This document shows positions 62,785-64,000 of a stretch of 64,000 nucleotides of DNA, in pieces (the first letter of the stretch is position 1; each line of letters begins with the position of its first letter). The position numbers and the translations under genes were made by a program. The DNA comes from an uncultured Ruminococcus sp. (GTDB taxonomy: Bacteria; Bacillota; Clostridia; Oscillospirales; CAG-272): contig CAYWFS010000001.1 in assembly GCA_964457685.1 (NCBI GenBank), positions 12,878-76,877 on the forward strand, read 5' to 3'. The notes beneath the pieces were generated by a model. The model was not told the origin of the DNA. It was given only the letters and a program-made list of their open reading frames with translations, and ran no database searches.

Positions 62785-62967
62785 GTTCAAAAAGCCGCAG
62801 GGAGCATTTCTCATAAAATACTTTTATAGTTCAACCAATATTTCATGCGTTATCAAATTTCTGTCACATTGGCGGAATATAATATAGTCACGGTAAGGGA
62901 AAGAACCTACCGATGGAAATTCAGCTTTAAAGATAACACAGAAATATATTTTAGGAGGGTGAATGTT

Positions 62968-64000
62968 ATGAAAGAATTTGATATGAACAATGGCGGAATG
63001 AACGAGCAGAATAACGAAAACAATGTGAATACAGATGCCCGCAATAACACACCTGAGCAGTCAAACGCTAACAATACACAGAACGTGAACAACAGCTCAA
63101 GCAGTGTTCCGGAAAACCACAGAATAGAGACTCCTTACTCGGGAAATCCTTATTTTGAAGGCTTCGGAAAGAATCAGAATGACGCATACAGAAGCGAAAA
63201 TTCTCAGAGCGGAAACAAGAACGGCGGTTATTCACAGTATACTCAGCAGGGCGGTACTTATAATCAGAACCATACTTACAACGCACCTCAGCAAAACGGC
63301 GGACAGATTTCGTATTCCCCCGAAAAGGCAAAAAAGGAAAAGAAATCAAAACCCGTTACAAGGGGAGTTCTTGCGGCGGTTGCGTCGGTTACGGTACTTC
63401 TCTCCGGAGTTGTCGGCTACTGCGGAGCATTGCTTGTAACAGGCAATACAACACAGGTGGAACAGTCTGTAAATGAGGTAAATTCAAACGTGGGAAATAC
63501 TTCTTCCGCAAACAGTGGAGGAAACGTCGTAATATACAGAAATGTTGACGATGTAACCACTTCCGCAGGAACAGACGGAAATTACAGCACGGCTCAGGTT
63601 GCAGCTATGGTAAAGGATTCCGTGGTTGAAATAAATACCGAGTTCACATCGACAACAAGAGGCTGGTATAACTACGTTCAGACAGGTGCAGGCTCCGGTG
63701 TTATAATCACTACAGACGGCTACATCATCACAAACGCACACGTTATCACCGATGACGACACAAGTGCGGTTGCGGACAGTATCACCGTGAGACTTACAAA
63801 CGGAGAAGAATATCCGGCAGCGGTTGTAGGCTATGATTCCGAAGCGGATATTGCAATAATCAAGGTTGAAGCAGAGGGACTTACTGCGGCACAGTGCGGT
63901 AACAGCGACAACCTTTCTGTAGGCGAAGAGCTTATCATAGTCGGAAATCCTCTCGGCGAGCTTGGCGGCACTGTTACAAACGGTATCGTAAGTGCAACCG
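62968..64000 (+). CDS. HtrA/DegP-family trypsin-like serine protease (3' end outside the window) with an Asn/Gln-rich N-terminal region and one TM helix
   Basis: Not in the ORF track because the frame is still open at the window edge. The ATG at 62968 follows AGGAGGG. Hand translation gives MKEFDMNNGG..., the TM helix VLAAVASVTVLLSGVVGYCGALLV, and GAGSGVIITTDGYIITNAHVI (catalytic His region). Confidence 0.8.
   Translation, partial: MKEFDMNNGGMNEQNNENNVNTDARNNTPEQSNANNTQNVNNSSSSVPENHRIETPYSGNPYFEGFGKNQNDAYRSENSQSGNKNGGYSQYTQQGGTYNQNHTYNAPQQNGGQISYSPEKAKKEKKSKPVTRGVLAAVASVTVLLSGVVGYCGALLVTGNTTQVEQSVNEVNSNVGNTSSANSGGNVVIYRNVDDVTTSAGTDGNYSTAQVAAMVKDSVVEINTEFTSTTRGWYNYVQTGAGSGVIITTDGYIITNAHVITDDDTSAVADSITVRLTNGEEYPAAVVGYDSEADIAIIKVEAEGLTAAQCGNSDNLSVGEELIIVGNPLGELGGTVTNGIVSAT

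Noticed and set aside
62907-63741. Several 60-95-aa ORFs on both strands (62907-63092, 63068-63349, 63155-63439, 63484-63741).
   Set aside because: All overlap the open-ended HtrA-like reading frame that starts at 62968. That frame is missing from the track only because it has no stop within the window.
1-64000. A search for mobile elements, prophage, defence islands, toxin-antitoxin pairs and tRNA/rRNA genes.
   Set aside because: I saw no transposase, integrase, recombinase, phage structural, restriction or Cas-like products in any frame. No intergenic gap shows tRNA-like cloverleaf features. Gene content is housekeeping or metabolic throughout.

Overview
This is a 64-kb chromosomal segment from a Gram-positive anaerobe. 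The gene content looks Clostridia-like (pth-mfd, DUF512-der-plsY, trmK-nif3, a WalRK-like operon), but that placement is inference. I can support about 53 protein-coding genes, one cobalamin riboswitch, one tandem structured-repeat array, and several sigma-A-type promoters and rho-independent terminators. I found no rRNA, tRNA, CRISPR array, transposase, integrase or phage genes. The segment reads as core genome, not an island. Five items stand out. (1) A nine-gene soluble HdrBCA / MvhD-FlxDCBA / FrdBA operon lies directly after fumC. I read it as a candidate NAD(P)H-dependent, flavin-based electron-bifurcating fumarate reductase. (2) A perfect A-B-A-B array of 97-bp units at 49577-49964 carries an invariant 12-bp-stem GAAA hairpin and a 12-bp palindrome, and it grows out of the 3' end of a GH43 gene. 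(3) A ribulokinase gene encodes its conserved N-terminal ATPase motif upstream of any canonical start codon, so ATA is the likely start. It heads a tight operon that also contains trpS with no room for a T-box leader. (4) Two ABC half-transporters with zinc-ribbon N-terminal extensions flank a DUF1854-like gene. (5) A BlaI/BlaR1-like pair has a C-terminal sensor domain that does not look like a penicillin-binding domain. All protein family calls rest on motifs recognised by eye in the supplied translations; no database search was run.
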